Counted from the first letter of the stretch, positions 50,418 through 64,000 are shown. The stretch is DNA of 64,000 bases from Octopus vulgaris (GCA_951406725.2 OX597819.1:49228001-49292000); one strand, 5' to 3'. Notes: generated by a model from the sequence alone, not told the origin. Numbers and translations: made by a program.

Positions 50418-52847
50418 ATATTCAGCTGGATGTAGAATAATTAGTCTCATCATTCAAATAATCTTAGATAATTTTGTACAATTATATTTTTAGTTAAACA
50501 ATAAATATTTAAATAAAACAATTTCTTAAAATGTAATTTTCACCGTACTATTTTTGACCAACTTTATGGATGTGTGTGTCATGAAATATCTGCACTAAAA
50601 ATGGTATGGTAGGTTGAAAAGGTTTGGAGAACATTATCGTATATGTCAATATCCTGGGTTCGTTTCCTTCATGTAAATTTAATTGAAGAGAAAGAATAAA
50701 AAACTTTCACTTAAACTAAAATTAAAAAGTTATCCTTTATGGCTGTTATATCCTGTTTCAAAAGATAAACACTATTGATATAATTGATAATTTCTCCTGA
50801 GATTATCCCAAGATAAAACCAGATTAGTAACATTACAATTTTACATATTACTATTGCAATTTTAATCAGTGCTTTCTGTGGCACTAAGTCAATTAAATAC
50901 TGGAACCACTCCTTGACAAATAAAAATTATCAAACAAAACTACTCTGAAGAATGTCTACTTGCTGGGATTTTACTGCTTAAAATGGGTTTTATAAGATAG
51001 GAAGAATTTCCTTCATTGCTAAAATACTGCGGCTGACAGCTGTGAGTTTGGTATGCAATTTTGGGGGATAGGATTTCTTTACACTTCTTCCCAGAATGCT
51101 ATTCTCTCATGGGTACAGGGAAATATTCACACATCTGTCTGCACATCTAACATACACAGAAGTTTCTGAAATATATTTAAGGAAATTGCATGGGTGTGTG
51201 TAAAAAAAGAAGAAAAAAAGAGTGGGAGAGACATTAAGAGATGTGTAATCTTTTCTTTATGTTTCCTAAATTTATTTTGTCTATTTTTTTCTATAAAAAA
51301 CTAAAAACAAATTATATTCTTTAGTTGATTCAAACATCAATGTGTTTCAACAAATAGGAACAAATACTAAAAGTAATTCCAAAATAAGATTTGTCATCAA
51401 ATTATCAAAATCGATAGGAGAATACCTGGAAGAGCTCAATAAGGTCAACTGCCATGTAGAGTGAAGTACTTAATGTTTTGGTCTCTGACTCTTTGTCTGA
51501 GAGTCAGGAAGAGTGAACAAAAACGGTAATGTTGCTTTGATTAGTGGCCAGTAAATAGTAATTTTCCTCAAATTCTGGATTTTAGTGTACTCTTGACTAC
51601 ATTGTTTTATAAGTCAGTCTTTTTTGAAGATTGAATAATTTGGGGGAGGTTTGGTTGGTATTTCTCTTTTTACTTGCCTACACTAGCATTAGAGAAGCCA
51701 GGTAATACCTGCAATAAACTAAATTCTTACATCTGGGTGGATATGTTTGACCATATTCAGAACATCAGGAACAGCAACAGCAACGAAGGTGTGATCGTGA
51801 TATGATTGGAGGAATGCCTAACTTGGATAGGTTGACTGAAAGAATCAAGGATTGATGTTAAGTTGACTCACTAATGTACATGCTCAATGGACACACTCCA
51901 GCTTCTAGTACACAAACATGCTGTTTCCTCTCTCTACTTTTCTACCACTGTTAGAATGACCCCCTGCTGTTTGGAGCTGGCTGATCTCATTTCACTTCTC
52001 CTCAAGCACTCTTGACTCATCTGTCCGTCCTCTCATCGTCTACCTATATTGTGTCCAACCCCATCCCGGCACCCACTCTAACCTTCCTACTCAGGATGTT
52101 GATCCTCTAGATTCTAAAATTCTCTCCTGGCTAGTAATTTTTCTATGACTGTCAACATGCAACAGTTTAATCAGAACATTAATGACATTATTCTCACCAG
52201 TCTTGGAGAACTTATGAAAGATATGGGAATTTCCCTTTCTTCCAGGCTCATCATCATCCTCATCCTCATCATCATTTAACATCTGCCGGCATAGTTTAGC
52301 CGGTTTGTCAGGAGCTGGCACCAGCTGTCTGTTTTTGCATGGTTTTTATGGCTAGAGGTCCTTCGTAATGCCAATCACTTTACAGAGTGTACTGGGTGTT
52401 TTTTATGCAGCACTTCCATGGGTGCTTTATACACAACACTGGCACGGGTGCTTTTTATGTGGAAACTACCAAACTAACACCATCACCTCCTTTTTCTTTT
52501 CCTATCTCTTAAATGAAGGGTAACATTAAAAAATGGTAGATTCTTCAAGTCTCACAGCAACTTCTAAAGAATAATTGTGCCAATGTTAATCTTCATCAAT
52601 TACCTTGGATTTCAGATTTTTATCCAATCAAAAGTTAAGCAGCTTTAGATTTTTAGTTGCTTAATTATTTGAAAAGTTCTGTTGCAGTGTCTCTTATGTA
52701 GGATGGTAACATACATATCGAAGGATGTTTGGTGTAATATACATGCTTGAATAATGTCTTGCCTTTACCAAGTTGCTTGGGTTGCAAAAAGTCATCAAAG
52801 TCTAAATTATTCAAGTGCAGATGGAAATGAAATATATATGAACTTTA

Positions 52848-53151
52848 AGGTGCATGGCTCAGTGGTTAGATGTCAGGCTCCCAATCATGAGGTAGTGAGT
52901 TTGATTCCCAGACCGGGCTGTGTATTGTGTTCTTGAGCAAGGCATTTTATTTCACATTGCTCCAGTTCACGTAGCTGTAGAAATGAGTTGTGATGTTACT
53001 GGTGCCAAGCTGTATTGGTCTTTTCCTTTTCCTTGGATAACATTGGTGGCATGGAGAGGAGAGGCTGGTATGCATGGGCTGGTATGCTGGTCTTCCAAAA
53101 ACAACCTTGCCTGGACTTGTGCCAATACAGCTTGGCACCAGTAACATCACA
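52848..53151 (+). mobile_element. SINE family C with a terminal inverted duplication
   Basis: AGGTGCATGGCTCAGTGGTTAG head; 52989-53018 is the exact reverse complement of 53122-53151. Confidence 0.88.
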
Positions 53152-54392
53152 TTCTTGATTGAAAGTGTCTTTACTACCCCCTATGAAAATCAGCATTAAA
53201 AAATCAGTATGTATGTGTGTGTGTGTGTGTGTGTGTGTGCATGCGTGCGCATGCATGTGTTTGTGTGTGTGTGTGTGTGTACGTGTGTATGAGTGTGTAC
53301 AATCACTTATTTTGACCAGCATTTCACATATCTTATTTATTCCAGCACACACATACACACAGACACTGTTGCCTACAAAACATGTTATAGGAAATCATAT
53401 TTTAATAAATTTAAAGGATTTAGTATAACAAAAGCATCACACACAATTTTCAAATGTATTTTGACACAATATTATTTATCTCTGTTTACAATAGTCTTTG
53501 AACTATTTCCCCCTAAAGAACCATAAAAATGCTCTGATCAAACAGTTTATATTATTGATCTGGTGATAAAACATTTGTTAGTGATCCACTAAAATGTAAA
53601 TGTGACACAAGTGGTTGAATAGATTATAGATTACAGTTCTTTGAATTTACAATGCACTGAAAATGTTGATTCAACGATTTAGTCCACCAACTTATCACTT
53701 GATACAGCAAACAGAATGATATTTATATTAGTTGTGGTTTGTGGGTAGCCTAGCTACTTTAGTCATCAAATTTATTGAATGTTTCGGTGCTTAATTGTAA
53801 GAAACAGGCTTAGTGTAAATAGAGTAAGAGAGAGAGAGAGAGAGAGAGAGACGGTGGGTATTGATTGGCTGGTTGTCGTTTCACTCACTTATACAAAAAA
53901 AATTGATTAATGAGAAATTTATTTGTAGTTAACTCTTTGGAATGCTTCTAAGTATAAGCCCATAAGTATTAACCCATTAACAGTTCTGAGAGTGAAGACC
54001 TATGATCAAAGGCTTTCCAGCCTTGACCATCATGCCAGTTTAAGGGTATCTAAAAATATATCATCTAATAAAGCCATCTCTTTTTTTTGAAGAATGTGGG
54101 ATATAATTCAAGGAAGATTTGGTTGCTATTTCTAATAGGTCAGTTGACAACATAAAGATTCTTTTGTTAGCTGATATATGCTACAGTCAACTGTCATGAT
54201 GTACTCATTATTATGAAAATATATATGAGCTGTGAAGTGTCATTAGTTGGAGGTACATGATGTTCATAATAGATATAGGCCTAAGAATTTAAATACTACA
54301 TTAATCTGTATCTGAGATGTAGTGGGATAACTATCAGTGTTTAGGTTGTGGATGTACAACAAATGAAGTTGATTCTTAATAATATATATGTT

Positions 54393-54598
54393 AAGGCAGC
54401 AAGCTGGCAGAATGTTTAACACATTAAGCAAAATGCTTAGCAGTATTTCATTTGTCATAATGTTCTGGGTTCAAATTCCGCTGAAGTTGACTTTGCCTTC
54501 ACTCTTTTGGGGGTCGATAAAATAAGTACCAGTTGAACACTGGGGTCGATGTAATTGACTTACATCCTTCCCCCAAAACTGCTAGTCTTGAAACCAAT
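54393..54598 (+). mobile_element. SINE family A
   Basis: AAGGCAGCAAGCTGGCAGAA..GGGTTCAAATTCC..GATAAAATAAGTACCAG. Confidence 0.85.
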
Positions 54599-55061
54599 AA
54601 GATATATGATACTATCACAAAATAAAGCAAGCATAAAAACAACAGCAGTTGTGTTCTTCTAAATGTCTACCATGACTCTGCAATGATGCAATTGTTCCAG
54701 TTACATCTCATAATTGCAGGTTAAATCCCTTATCAAATAAATACGATTGCATAATCAAATATGATTTAGTATTTTAAGTGTTACAGATGTAGATATGAAA
54801 GAGAGTAAGTAATACTCTACACACTGACAGTAATCTATGTCAGCCTGAAAGCTAGTCAATTAATGACTAGCAGTACCAATTAATGGATAGAAAGTTCATA
54901 ACACATATGATATATTCATGACAAGATATGAAACATTTAGAGACTTAATTTGTGGGTAGATGAATTACCCTTTAGTCAGTTTAAGCTCAAAAGCTTTAAT
55001 ATTAGCAGCATTATTATAATTTTCTGGACAACATTGAATCATTTTCCTCATTTATTTTGAA

Positions 55062-55446
55062 CTAGCAGTATCGCCCGGCGTTGCTCAGGTTTGTAAGGGA
55101 AATAACTATAAAGCATTTTTAGAGAGTTAAAGCCAAAAAATAGCAAAAAAATGGAAAAAAATGATGGTAAATTTTTTTGAGATTTAAAAAAGGTGGAGTT
55201 GCGTTCCCTAGACAGTTTGTGGTTTGTGTTTCTCATTGTCGACCCCATGTCGAATTTATCGATTTTTTTCAGAACTGGGGGAACTTTTCAAAATTTTCGC
55301 TGCGTTAGTTTTGAATTATGACATTGGGCTATGTGTGTGTCAAGTTTCATCAGAATCGGTTGAAAGCCGTGGTCAGGGTGAGGGTACAAGCAAACAGACA
55401 CACAGAAACACGCACAGACAAACTGCCGTTTATATATAGAGAGAGA
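55062..55446 (-). mobile_element. Non-autonomous Helitron-like element (copy 2, intact ends)
   Basis: Minus strand A|TCTCTCTCTATATATAAACGGCAG ... CCTGAGCAACGCCGGGCGATACTGCTAG|T: 5'-TC, 3'-CTAG, inserted between A and T, no TSD. Confidence 0.85.
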
Positions 55447-55484
55447 TGTGAATGATTTACAAACAACACTGTAGCGACAATATT

Positions 55485-55699
55485 CTTTATTACTCTAGGC
55501 ACAAGGCCTGAAATTTTGGGGGAGTGGGGCTAGTCGATTAGATCAACTCCAGTACGCAACTGGTACTTAATTTATCGACCCCGAAAGGATGAAAGGCAAA
55601 GTCAACTTCAGTGGAATTTGAACTCAGAATGTAAAGACAGACAAAATACCACTAAGCATTTCACCCGGCATGCTAACGTTTCTACCAGCTCACTGCCTT
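55485..55699 (-). mobile_element. SINE family A with ~17-bp TSD
   Basis: Flanks ACTGTAGCGACAATATT / ACTGTTGTGACAATATT. Confidence 0.9.
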
Positions 55700-57134
55700 A
55701 CTGTTGTGACAATATTAATTAAAATAATCTACAAAAGCATTGACATTAACTATATATAAAACTGATTTACAGTCTGAAGCCCAAAAACAATGTGTTTACA
55801 ACCACCTATAACTATTACAAGGATTAAAAAAAGCAAAACATTCTTTCAGTGTCTAGTATATAGTTTCTTCATGAAATCAGTCACTGTAGACAATCTCTCA
55901 CTAAACTATGGATTAGCAACAGATTGATAACAGATTATCGTTAATTCATACATCTTAACTAGTTGGGATTTAAATCACCTTGGCTTCTGAATGGTTGTAA
56001 ATTGAGTTGAAAATATAAATAACTGCTTAGCAGCAACGTGCTCACTCATCAATGAAATTTAGCCATGGTGTCACCACCATCACCATTACTACCACCACAA
56101 CATACAGGAAATGACACAGAAAGTTATAAAGGAAAGGCATGAATGAAGTAGTAATTTCAAAAATGGAAACTTGGTTTATGTCAGCAAATGGATAAAAAAT
56201 ATACAATAGTAACAATTGCAATATGAGAGTGGTTAAAAATAAATTATAAGATTACTATTTGATGACAACTTTAAATTTCTTTCACTGGGTTATTTTGAAG
56301 ATGTGAGAATGCATGTGAAGAGTTCTTGCGGATTAGAAGCCGAATAGACTTGGCTTGAAACTTAGGCTTAGACTTGGAAATTTGAGAGGAGCCCCATCAT
56401 CACAACAATAGTAAAAAATCATCATTGTCGTCGTCATCATCATTGTCATCATCATTATTTAATGTCTGTTTCCTTTGCTGGCATGGATTGGATGGTTTAA
56501 CAGGAGCTGATAAGCCAGAAGATTTTGCCATGACAATGTAAACTCTTTTCCAACTATTAGTACACTGTTGATGATAGTAGTTGCATCTCAGTGAAAACAA
56601 GTGTTGATGCTGCATGCAAAGCAACAATCCCAACTGTTTTCAGTTGTGAAATCATGACCTAAAACTATACACCATAGTGGTAAGAAAGATAGATAACCAA
56701 AAAAAATTTGCTCTAATTTAATCCATAGAGTTTTGTGGATATTAATCTAGTAAAAGCAAGTGTAATATCATACTTTGTAAATTAGTTACTTGCAGTTCTT
56801 AGTTGAAATTTGCAGATGTCTGTAACATATTGGAATTCATGGATTAAATGTAACTTTCAATAAACAACATTTCCTATCACAAAAATAATTTACAACTGCT
56901 GCAATAACAACAACTACAACAACAACAACCATTGTTGCATTTCTTAAATCAGTCATAGAAAAATTTATAAATAGAAGGATTTTATATAATAACTTTTTGG
57001 AATACTTGTAAGTATAAACTCTTGTGTAACAACTCGTTAATATGATTTCCCTATGATGGTTATATGCACTAAGTAATTAAGGACACTTGTGGCTGGTGTA
57101 GATGTTAAAGGGTTAAATATAATGCACAATCCAT

Positions 57135-57358
57135 GACCGTTGCCAGTACCGCCTGACTGGCCCTCGTGCTGGTGGCACGTAAAAGCACCCACTACACTCT
57201 CTGAGTGGTTGGCATTAGGAAGAGCATCCAGCTGTAGAAACTCTGCCAGATCAAGATTGGAGCCTGGTGCAGCCATCTGGTTCGTCAGTCCTCAGTCAAA
57301 TCGTCCAACCCATGCTAGCATGGAAAGCGGACGTTAAACGATGATGATGATGATGATG
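57135..57358 (+). mobile_element. RTE-type element 3' end with (GAT)n tail
   Basis: GTCCAACCCATGCTAGCATGGAAAGCGGACGTTAAACGATGATGAT. Confidence 0.87.
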
Positions 57359-60300
57359 AATCAACAATAACTTTCTTATACTGATGAGTTGAACATCGTT
57401 TTGATTTAGTTTCCAAGAATATGAGTATTGCCAGGGAAATGAAATGGCTAAATATGGTTAGATATCTTTATTTTGTTGGTAATGAGAGAAAAGAAAATAA
57501 CAAAGAAAACAAGTGAGAGAAGCAACTGTAGAAAGAAAAACATTCTTTTTCTTTGGCAGTTGTGTCTCTGGGCAAAATATTAAACTAAATTTGAAATACT
57601 TTGCATTCATTTAAGATATTAATAAGAAATATGGATGAGTGACTGTGATAACAGGCTTTTAGTTAATGGTTTTTGAGCTCATATCTTAGTGCAAGTACAT
57701 GTATTATGACCTTAGGCACTCCTTATTCATTTTTTTATGCCTAATTAAAAAGTCATAATAACTAGCCATTCTATTTCTGGTAATAATTTTTATAATAGTT
57801 TTGTTGGAGTACTTGTATTGCCATCAATATGTTAGTTCCAGCATAAATATTACTGTATGAAGCAATACTGACCTATTCTAAACTTCATCATCTACAAAAT
57901 GTAGAGGAATGAGAGAAAGGAAAAGGGAGAGAAGAAAACCATAGCAGTAGTAATAAAATTGCTATAGTAAGTTTTAATTAAAGTGTTATAAGTAATATAA
58001 TCTGCCAGACTGGATGTTTTTTATGCAACGGATTGTGAAATTTAAAAGCACATTTTCTGAAACATGAGTAATTTACTTTTAAACTTTTAATCAAATTAAT
58101 AAGTTGTTTCTGTTCTAATTAGCCAAATTAAAATTTTGTGAGAGTTTACAAATTAAAAAAAATCTTATGCTAATTGTGTTATGCCTCTTGACTTTCGAAA
58201 TATTTTGCTTTCATAAGAGGTAGAAGTTGTTTACTGCAGACCTTTTTGACATCAACCCGCCTGAGACTACCTCTGCTTCTATGATAGAAAACTTCCCAGT
58301 TTAAAGTGTTCATATCTAAATTTAAACTTTCAATCAAAGATTTTATGTAACAATGTTTTTTCAAGTCATTTTCAAAACACCAACTAAATCTTGTTTATTT
58401 TTTAAAATAATTGAAACACATAGACAGTGTATTTCATTAGAAATATGATCACAAAAAGGTAACAATGTCTATAGATAATGAGAATTTTATTAGTTCAAAC
58501 GATTTTTTCCTTAAACCTTTCTGTCTTAACATTTTCTTGTCCATTTCTTGTTTCTTCATGTTATTCACTCTCATTTGGCAAAGCAATTAAGGATAATGGT
58601 CAAAGTGGAGCTGCTGATTAAAATAATTACATTAATCTCTTCTCTCCCCAACACACATCTTGAATCTACTTTTAAATATGGCAATCATAAACAATAGAAT
58701 TAACCACCACTTAAGAGGATAATAATCTTACTATAAGTATCTGGCTTGGTACTGTAAGGATAGCTGAGTTCAAAGTTTGATGAAGAGTGTTTTTAATGAT
58801 CTAATAATATTTAATGAAATAAACTATTTCATGTTTAACAAAGTTAATTTAATTTAATTTATGCATATCAATGCACACAAGTGTATACAATAAGATATGC
58901 ACACAGAAATAACAATATGGACTGGATGTTGTCATTTAGCTCTCAGGTCAGCTCTGATAAAACAACCTGTAATCAAGCTATTCCACTAATGACCATCCTG
59001 CCTTTTTTCAGGCATTTGTACTTTGAACTACATTATTCACTGTATACTTCTCAATTTTTAAGATGGTAGGATATATTTTGAAGGTGATTTGGCTGTTATT
59101 CCTAGAAGTCTGGGTAACCTATAGAGAAGATCCACTTGATGGTTTACTGAGGTAGGATGCCAGGAGGACATGTAGATAAAGCAATGGATTACAATCATAT
59201 AAATACAGATCTATATGGCAGGTCATAGGCGTTTTTTGTGTCTTGAGGTGGTAAAAATCATAATAAATATCTGAGAAGCTTTCTGGAAAGTTAACTTTGA
59301 TAGTCTAGTATTCGATCATGTGAATATCTGTCTCATTTGTTTAGTGTTATTGAGACTAATTAAACGCACATCCAGTGGATTTTATTTTTGCTTTTTTTAA
59401 ATATTTTCTAATAGTTGGAGCATATGGTTATTATAATTGAAAACTCTTCTAGCATTAACTACTTCATCATGTTGTGCCTACTTCCTGTAGAATATCATGC
59501 ATAAATAAGGTTTGAATGTATATTCTGCATTTAGAATCATAACTTCTCATCTACCATGCCTCAGTTTAACATATTTGTAAATATGAATCACTTTGGAGTT
59601 CAGAAGCTTAAATTCTCTCAAAATTAACTCAGCTTTTGTTCCTTAACATTGAGATTAATCTGTCAAATTTAATACTTATTTACTCACATTGTTTTGAATT
59701 CATCGTAGTTTTGAGATTTTTTAGAATGACTATGTGTGGTAGGTGTGAAAAGCCAGAATTTAACAGTTTGAACATAAAACAGGTAGAATATTTTAGCTAG
59801 CTATGGCCAGTTTAAATGCTAAAGGGTACCTTTTGAAACCACTCTGCATGCAACTACCCTTGGTTCAATGATATAAACTTCTAGTTTTAAAATGGTTTTA
59901 GTTAAATCCTTCAATCAAAATTTCATGTTAAGTTTTATTTTAAATGCCATTTAATAATAACAGAATTATTTTATGAAATATTTCATTATTTTCAAAATTA
60001 ATGTAGAATATTGTAACAAAAATGGTAAAAGAGGAAGAAAATAAGTACTAGTTGTAGATATTCTCTTCCAGAAGTAGATTCCATAAGTTTCATTTAATTC
60101 CTCAAAAATCTGTGTTTGTTTCTAAGTATTTTTAGAAGCCAAAACTCAGCCACCAAAATTATGTCTGAAAAAAACCATTATTTATGTAAAATTTAGAAGA
60201 TACTCACCACTTAATAGTACCTGGAAAAGAAATAGAAAAGCATTTTAATAAAAATCATACAAGTTGCAATGATGAATTATCACAAACATTTGAAAACTTT

Positions 60301-60519
60301 GGAGAATTCTGTTTAATCATTTAACATTTTATATGGGATTACAAAGTCTTGGATAATAATTTCATTTGATTTATCAAGTTATGTATTGATATCTGTGTAT
60401 CAACGAATTTATATACCAAGTTAGCGACTTCTTTATCTGTTATGACAGCTATAAAGTTATCTATTGGTATATTACTATAATTTATTGACACATCTATATA
60501 TAGTTATTAAAATGTTGAT

Positions 60520-60788
60520 TTATATATATATATGTGTGTGTGTGTGTGTTTTTTTTTACACACACCTACATACATACATATACTACATACATACACATAT
60601 ATACATACACACACATATATATATACACACACACATCTATGTTTGTATGTATATATATGTATATATACATATACATACATATATATATACATATATATAC
60701 ATACATATATATATATATACACACACACATATATATGATATGTATGTATATATACATAAATACACACACACACACGCACACATATATA
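60520..60788. repeat. Compound (TA)/(CA)/(TACA) microsatellite
   Basis: Directly visible. Confidence 0.95.
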
Positions 60789-62827
60789 TTTCAATCAATA
60801 AACCAATATACTTATCTATTTTATTAGTAATTGTTTAATTTATCTTTTTAATGGAATCATTTTGTGTGAAAACTTATTCTAATAAATAAAAGTCATTGTT
60901 GACTCTATTTCCATACGTTGAGAGTTTGTGTTTCTTTTATGATTTTCTAATGCAAATTAGCATCCATTTAACATTTGCAAAGATAAGATAGTAACAGAGT
61001 AAGTTTGCCTTTCTAGCAAAGAGAAAAAAAGCAAAAGCAAAAGCAAAACAAAGACGTCAGCGTATAGTGAAATCTGTAATTTAGTTGTTCCTTCCTTGGC
61101 AACAAAATATAACATTAAGCAATAAATAGGTCCAACGTGTGAATAACAATAACAATAACAACAAATTTGGGTTTACTTTTGTTTTATAATTACACAGATG
61201 ACCAGTTTTCAATGGAGAGAAGGATATAGTCAATTGAATTACCCCATTATACTACTGATGCTTGTCTGATTATATTCAAAGGTGTTTGAATTCAGAATAA
61301 AGAGATACTAAATGAAATGCCATTAAACAACAAGTCTAACATAGTAGCATATGTAAATCCTTTACCATTCTGATAAAAACAACAATTATAAAATTCATAT
61401 AACTATGTTGTTGCTGTCAGTTTTGTTTTTTGTTTTGTTGTGTTTTTCTTTCTTCCTAGGTATGAAGTCGCAAGAATATGAGAGAGGGGAAAATGTAAAT
61501 ACTGATAATAGATACTTTGATTTGATATCTAGCTTTTGAACACAGAGAAAGGAAGTTTTTCAAAAGGACAACAATGTGTCAGCGAAAGAAGTTGAGAAAA
61601 CTCTCCAAATCAAAATATCAACAAATATGAACATAAAAAAAGAATCCCTGTAATTACAGACGTCTAGCAACAGTCTGTGAAAATAAGCATAAACATCAAA
61701 AGAAATTCTCGATAAATGTTCCACGTCTAAGATAAAAAAAAAAAAACAACAAAAAAAACAGTGCTCCACTGAAGTGCATATATATCTTTAAAAAAAGTAC
61801 TTTAAGAAAAAAATATCAACAAAAACAGAATGGCTTCTAATGAAAAACTTACTCTAAGAAGATCTAAATAGAGCAGAATATATCATGCATAAAAGTATAA
61901 CATAAACTTTGTGGAGATGAAAACTGCTGAGGTTTTATACTGAAGAAGATGGAACACTGTTTACAAGAGACAAAAAAAAATGAATAGATAAGAGTAGTGT
62001 AATTTTAAAATTCCTTCAAAAATATTTGAATTTCAAATAGACAAAACAAAAAGACAAACTGCAAGATCTTCATAAATTATATGAATGGTATAATCATATG
62101 TTTCTTACATTGTTACCTCTATCTCCATCTCTGAATTGTTGAATTTAAAACAATTTTTGGAAGTTATAAAAATTTTTCTGTAAACTAGAAATAGAAATAT
62201 ATAATCTGTTTATAAATTTAAATAATAAATATAGACATTAAAACTCCTTTTCTTATTGCAGGAGCTTTTGGTTTATGCTCCTATCAAGCATGTTGATGTT
62301 TTCAATACCAAGTCACTTAGAATCACTACAAAGTTTATAGTTCAAAACCTTGTGGGGTGAAGTGTTCATATTTGAGTTAAAATCTGTCAATTTATGTCCC
62401 ATTGAATAAGGGACTTTATAGAATCCTTTCATAATTCTTAATTATTTCCAAAATTAACACGAACACACAAATCGTATATGTCTTTGAGAAAAATGATCGC
62501 AAAAGGGCTAACCACAAGTAAAGCAATTCCTGCCTAAGATTTGAAACCTTGTTGGTTTCACTAAGATATTATCCCTCACCTAAGTTTCTGTCATCATCAT
62601 GCTCATCCTCATCATCGTTTTTGCAACATCTTTTACCATGGTGATATTGGCTTAACAAGACTTCTTGAGACAGTATTGTATGTCAACTTTTTTTCTCTCT
62701 CTCTATTAAGGAACTTTATTCTATTAGTGTTTCACACATCAAACTACTGAGCTACAAGAAATTTTGTTTTTGAACTGTTATCTAAGCAGTGGTGATGTGA
62801 AGTCACGCAGAGACAAATACACACATA

Positions 62828-63688
62828 TGAGAGGGTACCTATAAGAAACAAGAATCTTGCAATGTTATTTTATTCACTTAGTTTTACATGTTTACACTTT
62901 TATCACCTTCAAAGTATTCTCCATTTGAAGCAATGCATCGGCTCAGATGCATATTCTACTGTTCAAAGCGGTGCTGGAACTCTTGCAAAGTGATGCCCTT
63001 TAATGACTGTTGCTTTTTTCTTCTCCTCTTCCACATCTGCAAATTCCATAGCACCAGCTTTCATCACTTTTGAAAAAAAATCCAGATCAACTGTTCTTTA
63101 AGTTCCCAACACACATTCTATTGTGACTCTTTTGAACTTCCATGAGCAAGCAAAGCACAAATTTTGTTGCAACTCTTTTCATTCGTTGACAGGAGCTCCA
63201 GGACACACCAATCATTTCAAGTTCGTCAATTGTTCAGTGATGGTCCTCCAAGATCAGTTCATGAATATTCATGATGTTTTCATTCATTCAGGAGATCAAT
63301 GATTGTCCTGAATGAGGTTGGTCTTCAAGCGACAAGTGACCATTCCTAGAGCATAAAAATCACTCATGAAGTTGTGTTTTGCTCATGGCAGCATCCCTCT
63401 AAGCTGTTTGAAGTATGACAACTATTTCAGCTACCTTTTTCTCCAGCAGAATACAGAATTTCATGGAAACATGCTGTTCTTTCATTTCAGCCATCGCAAA
63501 ATCAACGAACAAGAAAGAAGCACTGCAAAACAAAGACACACCATGTGGCGGTATGACTCCAATCGATGACACCGGTCAACAGACTTATGCCTGAAGGTTG
63601 CATTAAGTGGCTTCTTGCAGCAGAAAACCGAACTACAACAGGCTTGTCCCACAGAGAACGCTTCCAGTAACTATTGGGTACCTCCTCA
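62828..63688 (-). mobile_element. Internally deleted mariner transposon with both TIRs
   Basis: TA|TGAGAGGGTACC ... GGTACCTCCTCA|TA. The minus strand from 63494 reads MAEMKEQHVSMKFCILLEKKVAEIVVILQTA*RDAAMSKTQLHE*F (mariner N-terminal HTH region) and near 62900-62980 reads EFQHRFEQ*NMHLSRCIASNGEYFEGDK (mariner C-terminus). Confidence 0.9.
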
Positions 63689-64000
63689 TATATAACAGGT
63701 TTTTTTGTACAGTTTCACTTACAAAGCATCACTCAACTCAAAACTATTACACAAGTCACTTGTTTAAACCATCACCCAGTAGGAGCCACTCTGAAGTCAT
63801 GTGACTGAAAGTGCACTTTCTAAACACACAAACCATGCTTGCACTAATAATAAAATTTGTAGTAGAAGTAATAGTCTTAAAAAAGAATTGAGATTTAATA
63901 TGTTTATCATTACAGCATATTGAATCTAATGAGTTGTTGATTAAATCAAATGAGCAATATCTTATTTCATTCATAAATATAGTGTAAGATGACTCACTGT

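Larger units (their letters stand above)
48270..50635 (+). mobile_element. Decayed hAT (Charlie/Buster, ZBED5/SCAND3-like) transposon
   Basis: Fragments read YGFIPSPTNMLLLMCLI*EKAFSNECVKPSR and KISLLIAKSRKPYTIGRGLILLALREVLYSMLHESASDIIYKIPFSNNT, which match the BED-finger and KPYTIGE regions of Buster-type transposases; many stops and frameshifts; TIR-like AAAAGGTTTGGAGAAC near 50617-50632. Confidence 0.85.

Noticed and set aside
51128-51166. Phase-0 reading KLLCMLDVQTDV* resembling a Shaker-type PDZ-binding C-terminus
   Set aside because: Only 12 residues, with no channel exons visible in the window; likely coincidence.
61460-62365. Plus-strand acceptor-like sites and A-rich ORF-like text
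   Set aside because: Multiple stops, no convincing donor and no recognisable motif; possibly an unclassifiable TE relic.

Overview
AT-rich, gene-poor eukaryotic DNA. The SINE, MITE and microsatellite repertoire looks like Octopus (coleoid cephalopod); this is recognition from memory, not a database result. I found no intact, identifiable protein-coding gene, rRNA, tRNA or CRISPR array. Nearly all supplied ORFs are microsatellite or SINE read-through. The window holds (TA)n/(TACA)n/(CA)n/(CAT)n/(TCTA)n microsatellites, several tRNA-derived SINE families (some with clear TSDs and tandem or nested arrays), RTE- and CR1/L2-type LINE fragments, two mariner remnants plus a mariner MITE, a decayed hAT (Charlie/Buster-type) transposase, hAT and piggyBac-type MITEs (one nested in another, both with perfect TSDs), and an inverted pair of near-identical non-autonomous Helitrons. 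The most notable signals are several hammerhead-ribozyme-like motifs and inverted repeats resembling Penelope-like pLTR remnants, several long hairpins, and a low-confidence set of exon-like islands, mostly on the minus strand. Boundaries were read by eye and are approximate unless a TSD or TIR is quoted.
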